A DNA stretch of 64,000 bases, from positions 2,303 to 66,302 of the forward strand of contig JAYTWR010000199.1 in the NCBI GenBank assembly GCA_043743335.1, read 5' to 3'. The first letter of the stretch is position 1, and the number at the start of each line of letters is the position of its first letter. Below the pieces are notes generated by a model. The model was not told where the DNA came from, searched no databases, and worked only from the letters and a program-made list of their open reading frames with translations. This DNA is from Burkholderiales bacterium. GTDB lineage: Bacteria > Pseudomonadota > Gammaproteobacteria > Burkholderiales > SG8-41. This document shows, one piece after another, positions 46,934 to 57,113 of this stretch. A program made the translations under genes and the position numbers.

Positions 46934-48082
46934 ATGATCCGCGACCCCGCCACCTTCCAAATCCTTCTCGACACCATCGCGCGTCTCGTGCGCGACAAGC
47001 TGATCCCGCGCGAAGCCGAAGTAGCCGAGACGGATGAAATCCCCGCCGACATCATGGCCGAGATGCGGCGCATGGGGTTGTTTGGGCTGACGATTCCCGA
47101 AGAATACGGCGGCTTGGGCCTCACCACCGAGGAAGAGGCGCTGACCAGCATGGCCTTGTGCGAGGCCGCGCCCGCGTTTCGCTCGATCATGGGCACGAAC
47201 AACGGCATCGGCGGCATGGGCATCGTAATCGACGGCACAGACGCGCAGAAAAAGCATTATCTGCCGCGCCTCGCGAGTGGCGAGATTATCGGTTCGTTTG
47301 CGTTGACCGAGCCGGGCTCCGGTTCCGATGCGGGTGCGCTGACCACGCGCGCAGAGAGAAACGGCGATCACTACATCGTCAACGGGGCCAAGCGCTACAT
47401 CACCAACGCCCCGGAGGCGAACATTTTTACGCTGATGGCGCGCACGGACCCCAACACCAAAGACGCCAGTGGCGTATCGGCGTTTATCGTTGAACGTGAT
47501 TCGCCGGGCCTGACGGTCGGCAAACCGGATCGCAAAATGGGCCAGCGCGGGTCGCACACTGCGGATGTGATTTTTGACCATGTGCGCGTGCCCGTGGGCA
47601 ACGTCATCGGTGGCAAGGAGGGCATGGGTTTCAAAACCGCGATGAAGGCGTTGGACCGCGCGCGGTTGAACATCGCCTCCGTGTGCGCGGGTGTCGCGCA
47701 GCGCTGTCTGAACGAGGCGCTGGCCTATGCGCGCGAGCGCAAACAATTTGGCAAACCCATCGCCGAGTTTCAATTGATGCAGGCGATGCTGGCGGATTCC
47801 AAAACCGAAATCTACGCCGCACGCAGCATGATTCTTGAAGCCGCACGCAAGCGTGACACGGGGGCGAACATTACGCTGGAGGCCTCGTGTTGTAAGTTGT
47901 TTGCCTCTGAAATGGTGGGCCGCGTCGCCGATCGCGCGGTGCAAATTCACGGCGGTGCGGGTTATATGCAAGAGTATGCGGTGGAGCGGTTGTATCGCGA
48001 CGTGCGTTTGTTCCGTATATTCGAGGGCACTACCCAGATACAGCAATTGGTGATTGCGCGGCATATGTTGCGGGAAGGGTAG
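46934..48082 (+). CDS. Acyl-CoA dehydrogenase
   Basis: FALTEPGSGSD, NGAKRYITN, QIHGGAGY and RIFEGTTQIQ motifs. Confidence 0.95.
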   Translation: MIRDPATFQILLDTIARLVRDKLIPREAEVAETDEIPADIMAEMRRMGLFGLTIPEEYGGLGLTTEEEALTSMALCEAAPAFRSIMGTNNGIGGMGIVIDGTDAQKKHYLPRLASGEIIGSFALTEPGSGSDAGALTTRAERNGDHYIVNGAKRYITNAPEANIFTLMARTDPNTKDASGVSAFIVERDSPGLTVGKPDRKMGQRGSHTADVIFDHVRVPVGNVIGGKEGMGFKTAMKALDRARLNIASVCAGVAQRCLNEALAYARERKQFGKPIAEFQLMQAMLADSKTEIYAARSMILEAARKRDTGANITLEASCCKLFASEMVGRVADRAVQIHGGAGYMQEYAVERLYRDVRLFRIFEGTTQIQQLVIARHMLREG

Positions 48083-48093
48083 CATCAACCCCG

Positions 48094-48604
48094 ATTTACC
48101 ACGGAACACGCCGAACACACGGAAATGACGGAACTTATACATGAAGACGAAACGTATCGTATACGAGGTGCGGTTTTCGAGGTCTATCGCGAAATGGGTT
48201 GTGGATTCCTTGAAGCAGTTTATCAGGAGTGTTTGACGTTGGAGTTTGCTAGGCAGGGCGTGCCATTTGTGGCTCAGAAGGCACTTGCACTCCACTACAA
48301 GGGTGAGAAGTTGTCCCAGACTTTCATCCCTGACTTTGTTTGTTTTGAATCCATAGTTGTCGAAATCAAGGCAGTGAACAAACTCACAAACGATCAGCGC
48401 GCCCAAGTTCACAACTATCTCAAATCCACTGGATTACAGCTGGGACTGCTGGTGAACTTTGGCCACTATCCGAAGGCCGAAGTTGAACGCGTCGTGCGAA
48501 CGTGAGTAGCGAGAGCGTTTTTGGGCCACAATTGCAGATAAAGACGCCAATCGTGAATATCATCTTCAAACGCTTCCGTGTGTTCCGTGTATTCCGTGGT
48601 AAAT
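48094..48604. mobile_element. Candidate element: GxxExxY gene bounded by 31-bp inverted repeats
   Basis: Left arm ATTTACCACGGAACACGCCGAACACACGGAA (48094-48124), right arm TTCCGTGTGTTCCGTGTATTCCGTGGTAAAT (48574-48604); 28/31 complementary. Confidence 0.65.
48125..48505 (+). CDS. GxxExxY protein (PD-(D/E)xK nuclease superfamily)
   Basis: GFLEAVY, PDFVCFESIVVEIKAV, AQVHNYLK and GLLVNFG motifs. Confidence 0.93.
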   Translation: MTELIHEDETYRIRGAVFEVYREMGCGFLEAVYQECLTLEFARQGVPFVAQKALALHYKGEKLSQTFIPDFVCFESIVVEIKAVNKLTNDQRAQVHNYLKSTGLQLGLLVNFGHYPKAEVERVVRT

Positions 48605-48644
48605 GTTTTTGAAGTCGCGTGCCAAAACCTACCAAGCGAGAGAT

Positions 48645-49610
48645 ATGAATAAATTTTGGTTTGCATCCGTTATTTTGTTTTCAGCGGTTTCCGGCGTGAC
48701 GCTGGCCCAACAGTACCCCACCAAACCCATTCGCATGGTTGTGCCGTTCGCGCCCGGCGGCACGGGTGAATTTCTCTCGCGCAGCATCACGCCGCGCATG
48801 GGTGAGCTTATTGGGCAGCCGTTTATTGTGGATTTTCGCGGCGGCGCGGGCACTACGCTGGCTGCGGGGCTGGTGGCAACTGCGCCGGCTGACGGCAATA
48901 CGGTATTGATCCAGACGTTCACCACGCAGGCGATCAATGACAGCCTGTATTCAAAGCTCTCTTACGACACCCGCAAGGATTTCGCCTCCACCGGCTTGAT
49001 TGCGGTGATACCGATTGTGCTGGCCGCCCACCCGTCGCTGCCCGCGCGCAGTGCCCGCGATCTGGCGACGCTGTCCCAAGCGCGCGCCGGCACGCTCAAC
49101 TTTGGCACTGCGGGCATCGGCACGTCATCGCACTTTGCGGTGGAGTTGTTCAAGCTCGCGTCCAAGGCTGATCTCACGCACATCCCATACAAGGGTGCCG
49201 GGCCAGCCACCATTGACGCAATGGCGGGCTTTGTGCCGCTGGTCGCCGATGCGATTACATCGTTAAAGCCGCATCTGGACGGTGGCAAGCTGCGTGGCAT
49301 TGCCATCGGCAGTGCGCAACGCTCTGAAGGCGCGCCGCAGTTAGCGACGTTCGCCGAGTCGGGCTATCCCGGCTTTGAAGCGAGCTCCTGGTGGGGCTTG
49401 CTGGTTCCGGCGCGCACACCGCCGGCGATCATCGCGCGCTTGAATACCGAGCTCAACAAGGCACTGGAAGACGGCGTGGTGCGCAAGCGGCTAATGTCGC
49501 ACGGTGCGACGCTCAAGTACGGCACGCCTGCGCAAGGCGACGAACTGATGAATTCCGAGCGCGACAAGTGGGCGAAAGTGGTCAAGGCCACCGGTGCCCG
49601 TGTAGATTAG
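48645..49610 (+). CDS. Bug/TctC substrate-binding protein
   Basis: YPTKPIRMVVPFAPGG and HIPYKGAG motifs; ATG 48645 gives a signal peptide. Confidence 0.93.
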   Translation: MNKFWFASVILFSAVSGVTLAQQYPTKPIRMVVPFAPGGTGEFLSRSITPRMGELIGQPFIVDFRGGAGTTLAAGLVATAPADGNTVLIQTFTTQAINDSLYSKLSYDTRKDFASTGLIAVIPIVLAAHPSLPARSARDLATLSQARAGTLNFGTAGIGTSSHFAVELFKLASKADLTHIPYKGAGPATIDAMAGFVPLVADAITSLKPHLDGGKLRGIAIGSAQRSEGAPQLATFAESGYPGFEASSWWGLLVPARTPPAIIARLNTELNKALEDGVVRKRLMSHGATLKYGTPAQGDELMNSERDKWAKVVKATGARVD

Positions 49611-49660
49611 GCCGTATTATAACTAATTGATTTTATTGAGTTATTTGTAAAGGGTGTTTC

Positions 49661-51196
49661 GTGGCATTTGAAAAACTGATCGAAGATTTCCAAGCAAGAA
49701 CCGCCGAAGCCGTGGGCATGGGCGGCCCCGAAAAACTCGCCAAGCGTAAGGCACAGGGGCACTTGAACGCGCGCGAGCGCATCGATTATTTGCTCGACAA
49801 GGATTCGTTCATCGAATCAGGCCGCTTCGCGCGCAGCCACCGACCCGAGGTCAAACACAAGACGCCCGCCGACGGCAAGGTGGCGGGCTTTGGCAAGATC
49901 AACGGTCGTGAAGTGGGGCTGGTGTCGAACGATTTCACGGTGATGGGTGCGTCGAGCGCGGTCATCAACATGAAAAAAATCAAGCACGTGAAGCAAACGG
50001 CGGCCAAGCGCGGCATGCCGCTGGTGCTGCTGGGCGAATCGTCGGGCGCGCGCATGCCGGATCGCATGGGTGCCGCGGGGCGCGCGATCATCGCGCAAGA
50101 CCCCACCGAGTATCAACGCTTGCGTGAAGCGCCGTGGTGCTCCGCGTTGCTGGGCCAGTGTTATGGCTCATCCACTTGGTATTCGGCGATGTCGGATTTT
50201 GTGGTGATGCGCAAAGGCGCAATCATGGCGATTGCCAGCCCCAATGTGACGTCGATTGCCATCAACAAACCCATCACCGCCGAGGAGTTGGGCGGCTGGA
50301 AATTGCTCACCGGCATTTCGGGTTTGGCGGATATGGCGGTGGATACTGACGAGCAGTGTCTCGACGCAATCAAAAAATTTCTGTCGTATTTGCCCAGTCA
50401 CAACATGGAGCCGCCGCCCGAAGCGCCGGTGCCACCGGGCTCGGATGAGGCGAGTAACACCATCCTCGACATCATGCCGGAATCGCGCAATCAGGTGTAC
50501 GACTCACGCAAAATCATCAAGGCGATTGCCGATAAAGATTCCACCTTCGAGTTGAAAGAGCGCTACGGCAAATCACTGTGCACGATGCTCGCTCGCCTCG
50601 ATGGCAAGAGTGTCGGCGTCATCGCCAACAACCCTTTGTTCAAGGGCGGCGCGCTCGATGCCGATGCCTGCAACAAGGTCACCAGCTTTATGGTGTTGTG
50701 CGATTCCTACAATATTCCGCTGGTGTTCTTAGTGGATGTGCCGGGCTTTCTGATAGGCATTGAGGGCGAATTACGCGGCATGCCGGGCAAGGTGATTAAC
50801 TGGATGAACGCGCTCACGCTGGTCACGGTGCCGAAAATCACCGTGATGATGCGCAAAAATTACGGGCAAGCCTTTATCAACATGGCGGGCGGCAAAAATG
50901 CCGATGAAATCGCCTGTTGGCCCACAGCGGATTTGGGTTTTATGGATCCGGCGGTGTCGGTTAACGTGCTTTACGGTGTGAAATTTGAGGATGACCCGGA
51001 GCGCTTCAAAAAACTCAAAGCCGAAGTCGAGCGTGACACATCGGCGTGGGGTCTCGCGGAGTTGTACGAGGCGCAAAACGTGATTGACCCACGAGACACG
51101 CGCGCCTACTTGATCCGCACCTTGGAGGTGCATCGCATGCGCCTGAAAAAGGGCGTAGGCGAGCATTTGCTGCGCAATTGGCCGACGAGTTATTAG
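49661..51196 (+). CDS. Acyl-CoA carboxylase carboxyltransferase (beta) subunit
   Basis: LNARERIDYLLD, NDFTVMGAS, SSGARM, LVDVPGFLIG and VIDPRDTR motifs. Confidence 0.92.
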   Translation: MAFEKLIEDFQARTAEAVGMGGPEKLAKRKAQGHLNARERIDYLLDKDSFIESGRFARSHRPEVKHKTPADGKVAGFGKINGREVGLVSNDFTVMGASSAVINMKKIKHVKQTAAKRGMPLVLLGESSGARMPDRMGAAGRAIIAQDPTEYQRLREAPWCSALLGQCYGSSTWYSAMSDFVVMRKGAIMAIASPNVTSIAINKPITAEELGGWKLLTGISGLADMAVDTDEQCLDAIKKFLSYLPSHNMEPPPEAPVPPGSDEASNTILDIMPESRNQVYDSRKIIKAIADKDSTFELKERYGKSLCTMLARLDGKSVGVIANNPLFKGGALDADACNKVTSFMVLCDSYNIPLVFLVDVPGFLIGIEGELRGMPGKVINWMNALTLVTVPKITVMMRKNYGQAFINMAGGKNADEIACWPTADLGFMDPAVSVNVLYGVKFEDDPERFKKLKAEVERDTSAWGLAELYEAQNVIDPRDTRAYLIRTLEVHRMRLKKGVGEHLLRNWPTSY

Positions 51197-51377
51197 CCGC
51201 CTACGCGCGGCACCCACCCCGCCGGTTTTGTCAGGGCAAACCGGCATTGCGTCACAGTCGCCGTCTTGCCCGGCTTGGGCCGATGGTACACAATCCCGCT
51301 ACGATTTATGACTATGCCGCAGGTGTGCGCTTGCGCGCGCCCACCAAAACCGCTTCTCAATTTGCCGGACTGCGTGA

Positions 51378-52424
51378 ATGCCATCAGCAACGAACCTCGC
51401 GATCCACTGGGTAGAACAGGGCTTGGCGCCGGATGCGGTAGTACGCGCGGGCATACGCCGCTTGCTGAAAGAGCGCTTGGCTGAAATTCATGCGGGGGAT
51501 TGCGCAGCCGCGGCCGATGCTGGTGATGCCTTTTTAAACGAATTGCGCACAGCCCCCATCGCACTGGTGCCGGAGAAAGCCAACGAGCAGCACTATGAAG
51601 TGCCTGCCGCATTTTTTACGCAGGTGCTGGGGCAACATCGTAAATACAGTTCGTGCTGGTGGCCCGCTGGAATCACGTCGCTGGATGCCGCCGAAGCCGC
51701 TGCGCTAGCAGCCACTTGCACGCGTGCGGGCCTTGCCGACGGGCAAGACATTCTCGAACTGGGCTGCGGCTGGGGCTCGCTCACGCTGTGGATGGCGGCG
51801 CACTATCCTGCCAGCCGCATCACCGCCGTTTCCAATTCGCACAATCAGCGCGCGTTCATCGAGGCCGAAGCGGCGCGCCGCAACCTTGGTAATGTGCGCA
51901 TCATCACCACCGACATGAACGGCTTTGATGCCGGTAGGCCATTTGACCGTATTGTCTCCGTTGAAATGTGCGAGCACATGCGCAACTGGCCGGCGCTGTT
52001 CCGGCGCATCAGCGGCTGGCTCAAGGCCGACGGGCGATTTTTCATGCACGTCTTTGTGCATCGCCTAACGCCGTATGCGTTCATCGAGCGCGGCGACGAC
52101 GACTGGATGAGCCGCTTTTTCTTCTCCGGCGGCATGATGCCGAGCGACGACATGGCGCTGCGCTGTCAGGATGATTTGCGCGTCACGCGCGTATGGCGCT
52201 GGGACGGCACACACTACGAGCGCACGGCCAACGCTTGGCTCGCCAATATGGATGCGCGCCGCGCCGCCGTGCAGCCAGTGTTTGAGCAGACTTACGGGCA
52301 CGGGCAATTGACAGCCTGGTGGATGCGTTGGCGGATTTTTTTCATGTCGTGCGCTGAACTCTTCGGCTACGATCACGGTCAAGAGTGGTGGGTTAGCCAC
52401 TATTTATTCGAGCGCCGCACATGA
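51378..52424 (+). CDS. CFA-synthase-family SAM-dependent methyltransferase
   Basis: ANEQHYEVP, KYSSC, LELGCGWG and IVSVEMCEHM motifs. Confidence 0.9.
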   Translation: MPSATNLAIHWVEQGLAPDAVVRAGIRRLLKERLAEIHAGDCAAAADAGDAFLNELRTAPIALVPEKANEQHYEVPAAFFTQVLGQHRKYSSCWWPAGITSLDAAEAAALAATCTRAGLADGQDILELGCGWGSLTLWMAAHYPASRITAVSNSHNQRAFIEAEAARRNLGNVRIITTDMNGFDAGRPFDRIVSVEMCEHMRNWPALFRRISGWLKADGRFFMHVFVHRLTPYAFIERGDDDWMSRFFFSGGMMPSDDMALRCQDDLRVTRVWRWDGTHYERTANAWLANMDARRAAVQPVFEQTYGHGQLTAWWMRWRIFFMSCAELFGYDHGQEWWVSHYLFERRT

Positions 52425-52945
52425 TTGCCAATATTGTTTTGTTTCAAGTAGGCTGGTTTGCCTGCGTCCTGGGCGCGGCCAAGGGCTTGCCTTGGATCGG
52501 CTTGATTGCTGCGGCCCTGGTGCTGGCGTGGCACCTGAAACAGGCGGCGCGGCCCGTTGAGGAAATCAAACTCATCACGCTCGCGCTGCTGATAGGCGCG
52601 GTGTGGGACAGCGCACTGGTGGCGCTGGGCTGGATTACCTACCCCAACGGCACGGTAATCGCCGGCACGGCACCGTACTGGATACTCGCGTTGTGGGTGT
52701 TGTTCGCCACCACATTGAATGTGTCGATGCGCTGGATGCGGCATCGCCTGTTAATCGCTTTTGTGCTGGGCGCGATTTGCGGCCCGCTGTCGTATTGGGG
52801 CGCCGGAAACATGGGGGCGGCGACGTTTCCCGATTTAACCACCGCACTGATCGCGCTGGCGGTGGGCTGGGCGCTGATTATGCCGGCGCTGATGTGGCTG
52901 TCACGCCGGTTTGATGGCGTATCCACTCAAGGGGGCACTTTATGA
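52421..52945 (+). CDS. DUF2878 family membrane protein
   Basis: NIVLFQVGWFACV, PYWILALWVLFATTLN and GPLSY motifs; operon context. Confidence 0.8.
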   Translation: MIANIVLFQVGWFACVLGAAKGLPWIGLIAAALVLAWHLKQAARPVEEIKLITLALLIGAVWDSALVALGWITYPNGTVIAGTAPYWILALWVLFATTLNVSMRWMRHRLLIAFVLGAICGPLSYWGAGNMGAATFPDLTTALIALAVGWALIMPALMWLSRRFDGVSTQGGTL

Positions 52946-53724
52946 CGAACTATCCTGTGGTGTTCGCGGCGCTGTGCGGGCTGGCGGCAATGACGGTTCT
53001 GGCTGTGTGCACGTGGCTTGTGAGCTGGGCCAAGCGCGACGCCAGCATCGTTGACAGTATGTGGTCGGTGCTGATTTATTCAGGTGCGGCGGTTTATGCG
53101 ATCACATTGCCGCAAGCCGGGCCACGCACTGCCTGTGTGCTACTGCTGGCCGCTTTGTGGGCGATACGCTTGGCCGTTTACATCACGTGGCGCAATTGGG
53201 GCGAGCCCGAAGACCGGCGCTATCAGGACATCCGCGCACGCAATCAACCTCATTACGAAATGAAAAGCCTGTATCTGGTGTTCATCATGCAAGCGGTGCT
53301 GGCGTGGATTGTGTCGTCTGCGCTGCTCGCCGGCGTGGCGGGGGCGAGTCAGCCGGGTTGGCTCGATGCCGTCGGTGCCGCAGTAGTGGTGTTTGGCATC
53401 GTGTTTGAAGCGGTGGGCGATGGGCAACTGGCGCGGTTCAAGGGCAATGCCGAAAATCGCGGGCGCGTCATGAACACCGGGCTTTGGCATTACACACGCC
53501 ACCCGAATTATTTCGGTGAGTTTTGCGTGTGGTGGGGCTTTTTTCTGATTGCGCTGTCGGCGGGCGGCTGGTGGGCGATCGTGTCGCCGTTGTTAATGTC
53601 GATGCTGCTGCTTAAAGTCTCCGGCGTGACCTTGCTGGAAAAAGACATCACCGAGCGTCGTCCCCAGTATCGCGACTACATCGCGCGCACCAACGCTTTT
53701 TTTCCCGGCAAGCCGACACCATGA
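52942..53724 (+). CDS. DUF1295 family (steroid 5-alpha-reductase-like) membrane protein
   Basis: EDRRY, GLWHYTRHPNYFGE and SGVTLLE motifs. Confidence 0.88.
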   Translation: MTNYPVVFAALCGLAAMTVLAVCTWLVSWAKRDASIVDSMWSVLIYSGAAVYAITLPQAGPRTACVLLLAALWAIRLAVYITWRNWGEPEDRRYQDIRARNQPHYEMKSLYLVFIMQAVLAWIVSSALLAGVAGASQPGWLDAVGAAVVVFGIVFEAVGDGQLARFKGNAENRGRVMNTGLWHYTRHPNYFGEFCVWWGFFLIALSAGGWWAIVSPLLMSMLLLKVSGVTLLEKDITERRPQYRDYIARTNAFFPGKPTP

Positions 53725-54356
53725 CGCGCACGTTACGTAGTCTGCTGGTGTGCGTGTTGCTGCTGACGGGTGCCCATGCTCGCGCACAAACCCAGCAATG
53801 GAATTTCCAGGTGTTCCTTGACGAACGCCCCATTGGCTACCACCACTACACCCTGCGCGACAGCGGCGCAGAGCGCGAGATGAAAATCGAAGTGCGCTTC
53901 GACGTGAAATTATTGTTCATCCATGCCTACAAATACGTGCACGATGCAAGCGAACGCTGGCGCGGCAATTGCCTGACCCTTCTCACTGCACGCACCGACG
54001 ACAACGGCGATCTCAGCGAAGTCGGCGCCGAACAACAAGGCGAGCGTGTCGCCATCACCACCCTGCGCGGGCGCGACGCCGCTGACGGCTGCGTGATGAC
54101 TTACGCCTACTGGAACGAAGACATCGTGAAGCAAAAGCGCCTGCTCAACACGCAAACCGGCAAAGTGGAAAACGTCACCATCACCGCGCTCGGCGACGAT
54201 AAAATCACCGTGCGCGGCGCCCCGGTCACGGCGCAGCGCTATCGCATTGCCGGCGGCAAACACACCATTGAGTTGTGGTACGGCGCGGACAAGGCGTGGC
54301 TTGCACTGCAAACCACGCTCGACAGCGGACGCAAATTGCGCTATCTGCTTAAATGA
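53721..54356 (+). CDS. Exported beta-rich protein (DUF6134-like)
   Basis: Signal peptide; F.VFLDERPIG.H, YAYWN and LLNTQTG motifs. Confidence 0.7.
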   Translation: MTRTLRSLLVCVLLLTGAHARAQTQQWNFQVFLDERPIGYHHYTLRDSGAEREMKIEVRFDVKLLFIHAYKYVHDASERWRGNCLTLLTARTDDNGDLSEVGAEQQGERVAITTLRGRDAADGCVMTYAYWNEDIVKQKRLLNTQTGKVENVTITALGDDKITVRGAPVTAQRYRIAGGKHTIELWYGADKAWLALQTTLDSGRKLRYLLK

Positions 54357-54904
54357 TAAAACCCTATAAAAATCAATTAGTTATATCGCTTTTTAGCGTG
54401 GCGGTGGTGGTGCTGACCGCCTGCCAAAGCGCATCCGTCAAACCGCTGTCGGCGGTGCCCAGCGTCGATTTGCCGCGATTCATGGGCGACTGGTACGTGA
54501 TCGCGAGCATTCCCACGTTCATCGAAACCACGGCGCACAACGCCATTGAATCGTACAAGCTCGACCCAGACGGCACCATCGCGGTGACGTTCACCTTTCG
54601 TGACGGCGCTTTCGACGCTGCGCTCAAAACCTACACGCCGCGCGGCTTTGTGCGCGACCGTGCGTCGAACGCGATCTGGGGCATGCAGTTTGTGTGGCCG
54701 TTTAAAACGGATTACCGCGTCACTTATCTCGCGCCCGATTACAGCCAGACCATTATCAGCCGTGAACAACGCGACTACGTATGGATCATGGCACGCACGC
54801 ACGCCATCCCCGACACCGACTATCAACGGCTCGTCGGCTTGGTCAAAGAACAAGGCTACGACGTAGCGCAACTGAAGAAGGTACCGCAACAATGGAAAAA
54901 GTAA
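54353..54904 (+). CDS. Lipocalin (Blc-like) lipoprotein
   Basis: Lipobox LTAC, VDLPRFMGDWYVIA and YVWIMAR motifs. Confidence 0.9.
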   Translation: MIKPYKNQLVISLFSVAVVVLTACQSASVKPLSAVPSVDLPRFMGDWYVIASIPTFIETTAHNAIESYKLDPDGTIAVTFTFRDGAFDAALKTYTPRGFVRDRASNAIWGMQFVWPFKTDYRVTYLAPDYSQTIISREQRDYVWIMARTHAIPDTDYQRLVGLVKEQGYDVAQLKKVPQQWKK

Positions 54905-55842
54905 CCGCCGCCGGCCGGTGGCGAAATTTATTAACCTGGTTCGACAATGAGGCGGCCGAGGTCAACACGACTGACATGCCCGCGCGTGGCATCGACTGGC
55001 CACGCCTGTTGCCGTTTGCCGCACTGCATTTGGGCTGCTTCGCGGTGATCTGGGTGGGTGTGAGCACGGCTGCGGTCGCGGTGGCCGTGGGCCTCTACGT
55101 CCTGCGCATGTTTGCCATTACCGGCTTTTACCATCGCTATTTTTCGCACAATGCGTATCGCACCTCGCGCGCGGCGCAATTTATATTTGCGCTCATCGGC
55201 GCCACCGGCGTGCAGCGCGGCGCGCTGTGGTGGGCATCGCAGCACCGGCACCATCATGTGCATTCCGACCAGCCCGAGGACATCCATTCCGCACGGCAAC
55301 ACGGGTTTTTCTGGAGCCATATGGGCTGGTTTATGGCGCGCGAGAATTTCCCCACCCGCCGCGAGCGTGTGGTGCAGTTGTTGCAGTATCCCGAGTTGCG
55401 GTTCCTCGATCGTTACGATGCGCTGGTGCCGCTGTTACTCGCGCTGGCGCTCTACGGCACTGGCGAGCTGATGGCGCAATTTGCGCCGACACTGCAAACC
55501 AGCGGCTGGCAAATGGTGGTGTGGGGCTTTTGCATTTCCACTGTCGTGCTGTATCACGCCACCTTCACCATTAACTCGCTCACGCATTGCATCGGACGCC
55601 GCCGCTATGCCACGCGCGATGACTCGCGCAACAACGTATGGCTCGCGCTGCTGACGTTCGGCGAAGGCTGGCACAACAACCATCATCATTATCCGGGCTC
55701 GGTACGGCAGGGGTTTTTCTGGTGGGAGATTGATCTCACCTACTACGGCCTGCGCGTGCTGGCGGCGCTGGGCATCATCTGGGATTTGAAAGAAGTGCCG
55801 GCAAACATGCTGCACGCGCGGCGGCAAACCACGCCGCAATGA
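54892..55842 (+). CDS. Acyl-CoA (delta-9-type) desaturase
   Basis: His boxes HRYFSH, HRHHH and GEGWHNNHH; ATG at 54892. Confidence 0.92.
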   Translation: MEKVTAAGRWRNLLTWFDNEAAEVNTTDMPARGIDWPRLLPFAALHLGCFAVIWVGVSTAAVAVAVGLYVLRMFAITGFYHRYFSHNAYRTSRAAQFIFALIGATGVQRGALWWASQHRHHHVHSDQPEDIHSARQHGFFWSHMGWFMARENFPTRRERVVQLLQYPELRFLDRYDALVPLLLALALYGTGELMAQFAPTLQTSGWQMVVWGFCISTVVLYHATFTINSLTHCIGRRRYATRDDSRNNVWLALLTFGEGWHNNHHHYPGSVRQGFFWWEIDLTYYGLRVLAALGIIWDLKEVPANMLHARRQTTPQ

Positions 55843-57113
55843 AAATCGCCATCATCGGCAGCGGCATTGCCGGTAACGTGGTGGCGCATCACTTACACCG
55901 CGCGCACGACATCACGGTATTTGAGGCCGCCGGCCACATCGGCGGCCACACGCATACCCACACGGTGCAGCTCGATGGCGAAACACATGACATCGACACG
56001 GGTTTCATCGTCTACAACGACTGGACCTACCCTAACTTTATCGCGCTGCTGGACGAACTGGGTGTGGCAGCGCAACCGTCCGCCATGAGTTTTAGTGTAC
56101 GCAATGAACACAGCGGCCTCGAGTACAACGGCGCCACACTGAACACGATGTTCGCCCAACGGCGCAATCTGTTGCGACCCACCTTTCACCGGATGATTCG
56201 CGACATCCTGCGCTTTAACCGTGAAGCACCGGCATTGCTGGCGGCGGAACAGGAAATCGCGCTGGGCGACTATCTCGCCCACGGAAAGTACTCGCCGCAA
56301 TTTATCAACGACTATTTGCTCCCGATGGGCGCTGCCATCTGGTCCACCGAACCCGCGCGCATGCTGGCGTTCCCGGCGCGTTACTTTGTGCGCTTCTTCC
56401 ATAACCACGGCATGCTGTCGGTGGATAAGCGGCCGCAGTGGCGCGCGATTCGCGGCGGCTCGGCGCGCTACGTGGACAAGCTGGTGGCGCCGTTCCAGCA
56501 ACGTATTCGCTTGAATACGCCCGTTGACAGCGTGCGGCGCCTGCCGGACAGCGTGCGGGTCAAGGCGCGCGGCGCGGACGCCGAGCACTTTGATCAGGTG
56601 TTTCTCGCGTGCCATGCCGATCAAGCCTTAAGTTTGCTGGCGGACGCTTCGCCCTTAGAGCGTGAAATCGTCGGCGCTATTCCGTATCAGGCAAACGAAG
56701 CGGTGCTGCACACCGACACCACGTTGTTGCCGCGTACGCGCCGCGCATGGGCAGCGTGGAATTATCATGTGATGGCGTCTGGGCAGCAGGCTGCCGCCAC
56801 GTTGACCTACAACATGAACATTCTGCAAACACTGAAATCGCGCCACACGTTTTGCGTCACCCTCAATCGCACCGACTCTATCGCGCCGAGCAAGATCATC
56901 AAGCGCATGACCTATCACCACCCGCTGTACACCCCGGCTGGCGTCGCTGCGCAGCAGCGCCAGCCTGAAATTAACGGAACGAATCGAACCTATTTTTGCG
57001 GCGCATACTGGCGCTACGGTTTTCACGAAGATGGCGTCGTCAGCGCACTGAACGCGCTACAGCATTTTGCACAAACCACCCATGCACAGCGCCATTTATC
57101 ACGGGTGGCTTAG
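55839..57113 (+). CDS. FAD-dependent oxidoreductase (COG2907, UfaD-like)
   Basis: IIGSGIAG, GGHTHT, DTGFIVYN and YGFHEDG motifs. Confidence 0.88.
   Translation: MKIAIIGSGIAGNVVAHHLHRAHDITVFEAAGHIGGHTHTHTVQLDGETHDIDTGFIVYNDWTYPNFIALLDELGVAAQPSAMSFSVRNEHSGLEYNGATLNTMFAQRRNLLRPTFHRMIRDILRFNREAPALLAAEQEIALGDYLAHGKYSPQFINDYLLPMGAAIWSTEPARMLAFPARYFVRFFHNHGMLSVDKRPQWRAIRGGSARYVDKLVAPFQQRIRLNTPVDSVRRLPDSVRVKARGADAEHFDQVFLACHADQALSLLADASPLEREIVGAIPYQANEAVLHTDTTLLPRTRRAWAAWNYHVMASGQQAAATLTYNMNILQTLKSRHTFCVTLNRTDSIAPSKIIKRMTYHHPLYTPAGVAAQQRQPEINGTNRTYFCGAYWRYGFHEDGVVSALNALQHFAQTTHAQRHLSRVA

Noticed and set aside
46889..48412. 507-aa minus-strand ORF
   Set aside because: Antisense to the acyl-CoA dehydrogenase and GxxExxY genes, both of which have clear family motifs
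48094..48604. Short repeats as a possible CRISPR array
   Set aside because: Only two arms in inverted orientation, no repeat-spacer series and no cas genes
51221..51245. Hairpin GCCGGTTT...AAACCGGC after the carboxyltransferase gene
   Set aside because: No U-tract, so not called as an intrinsic terminator; single copy
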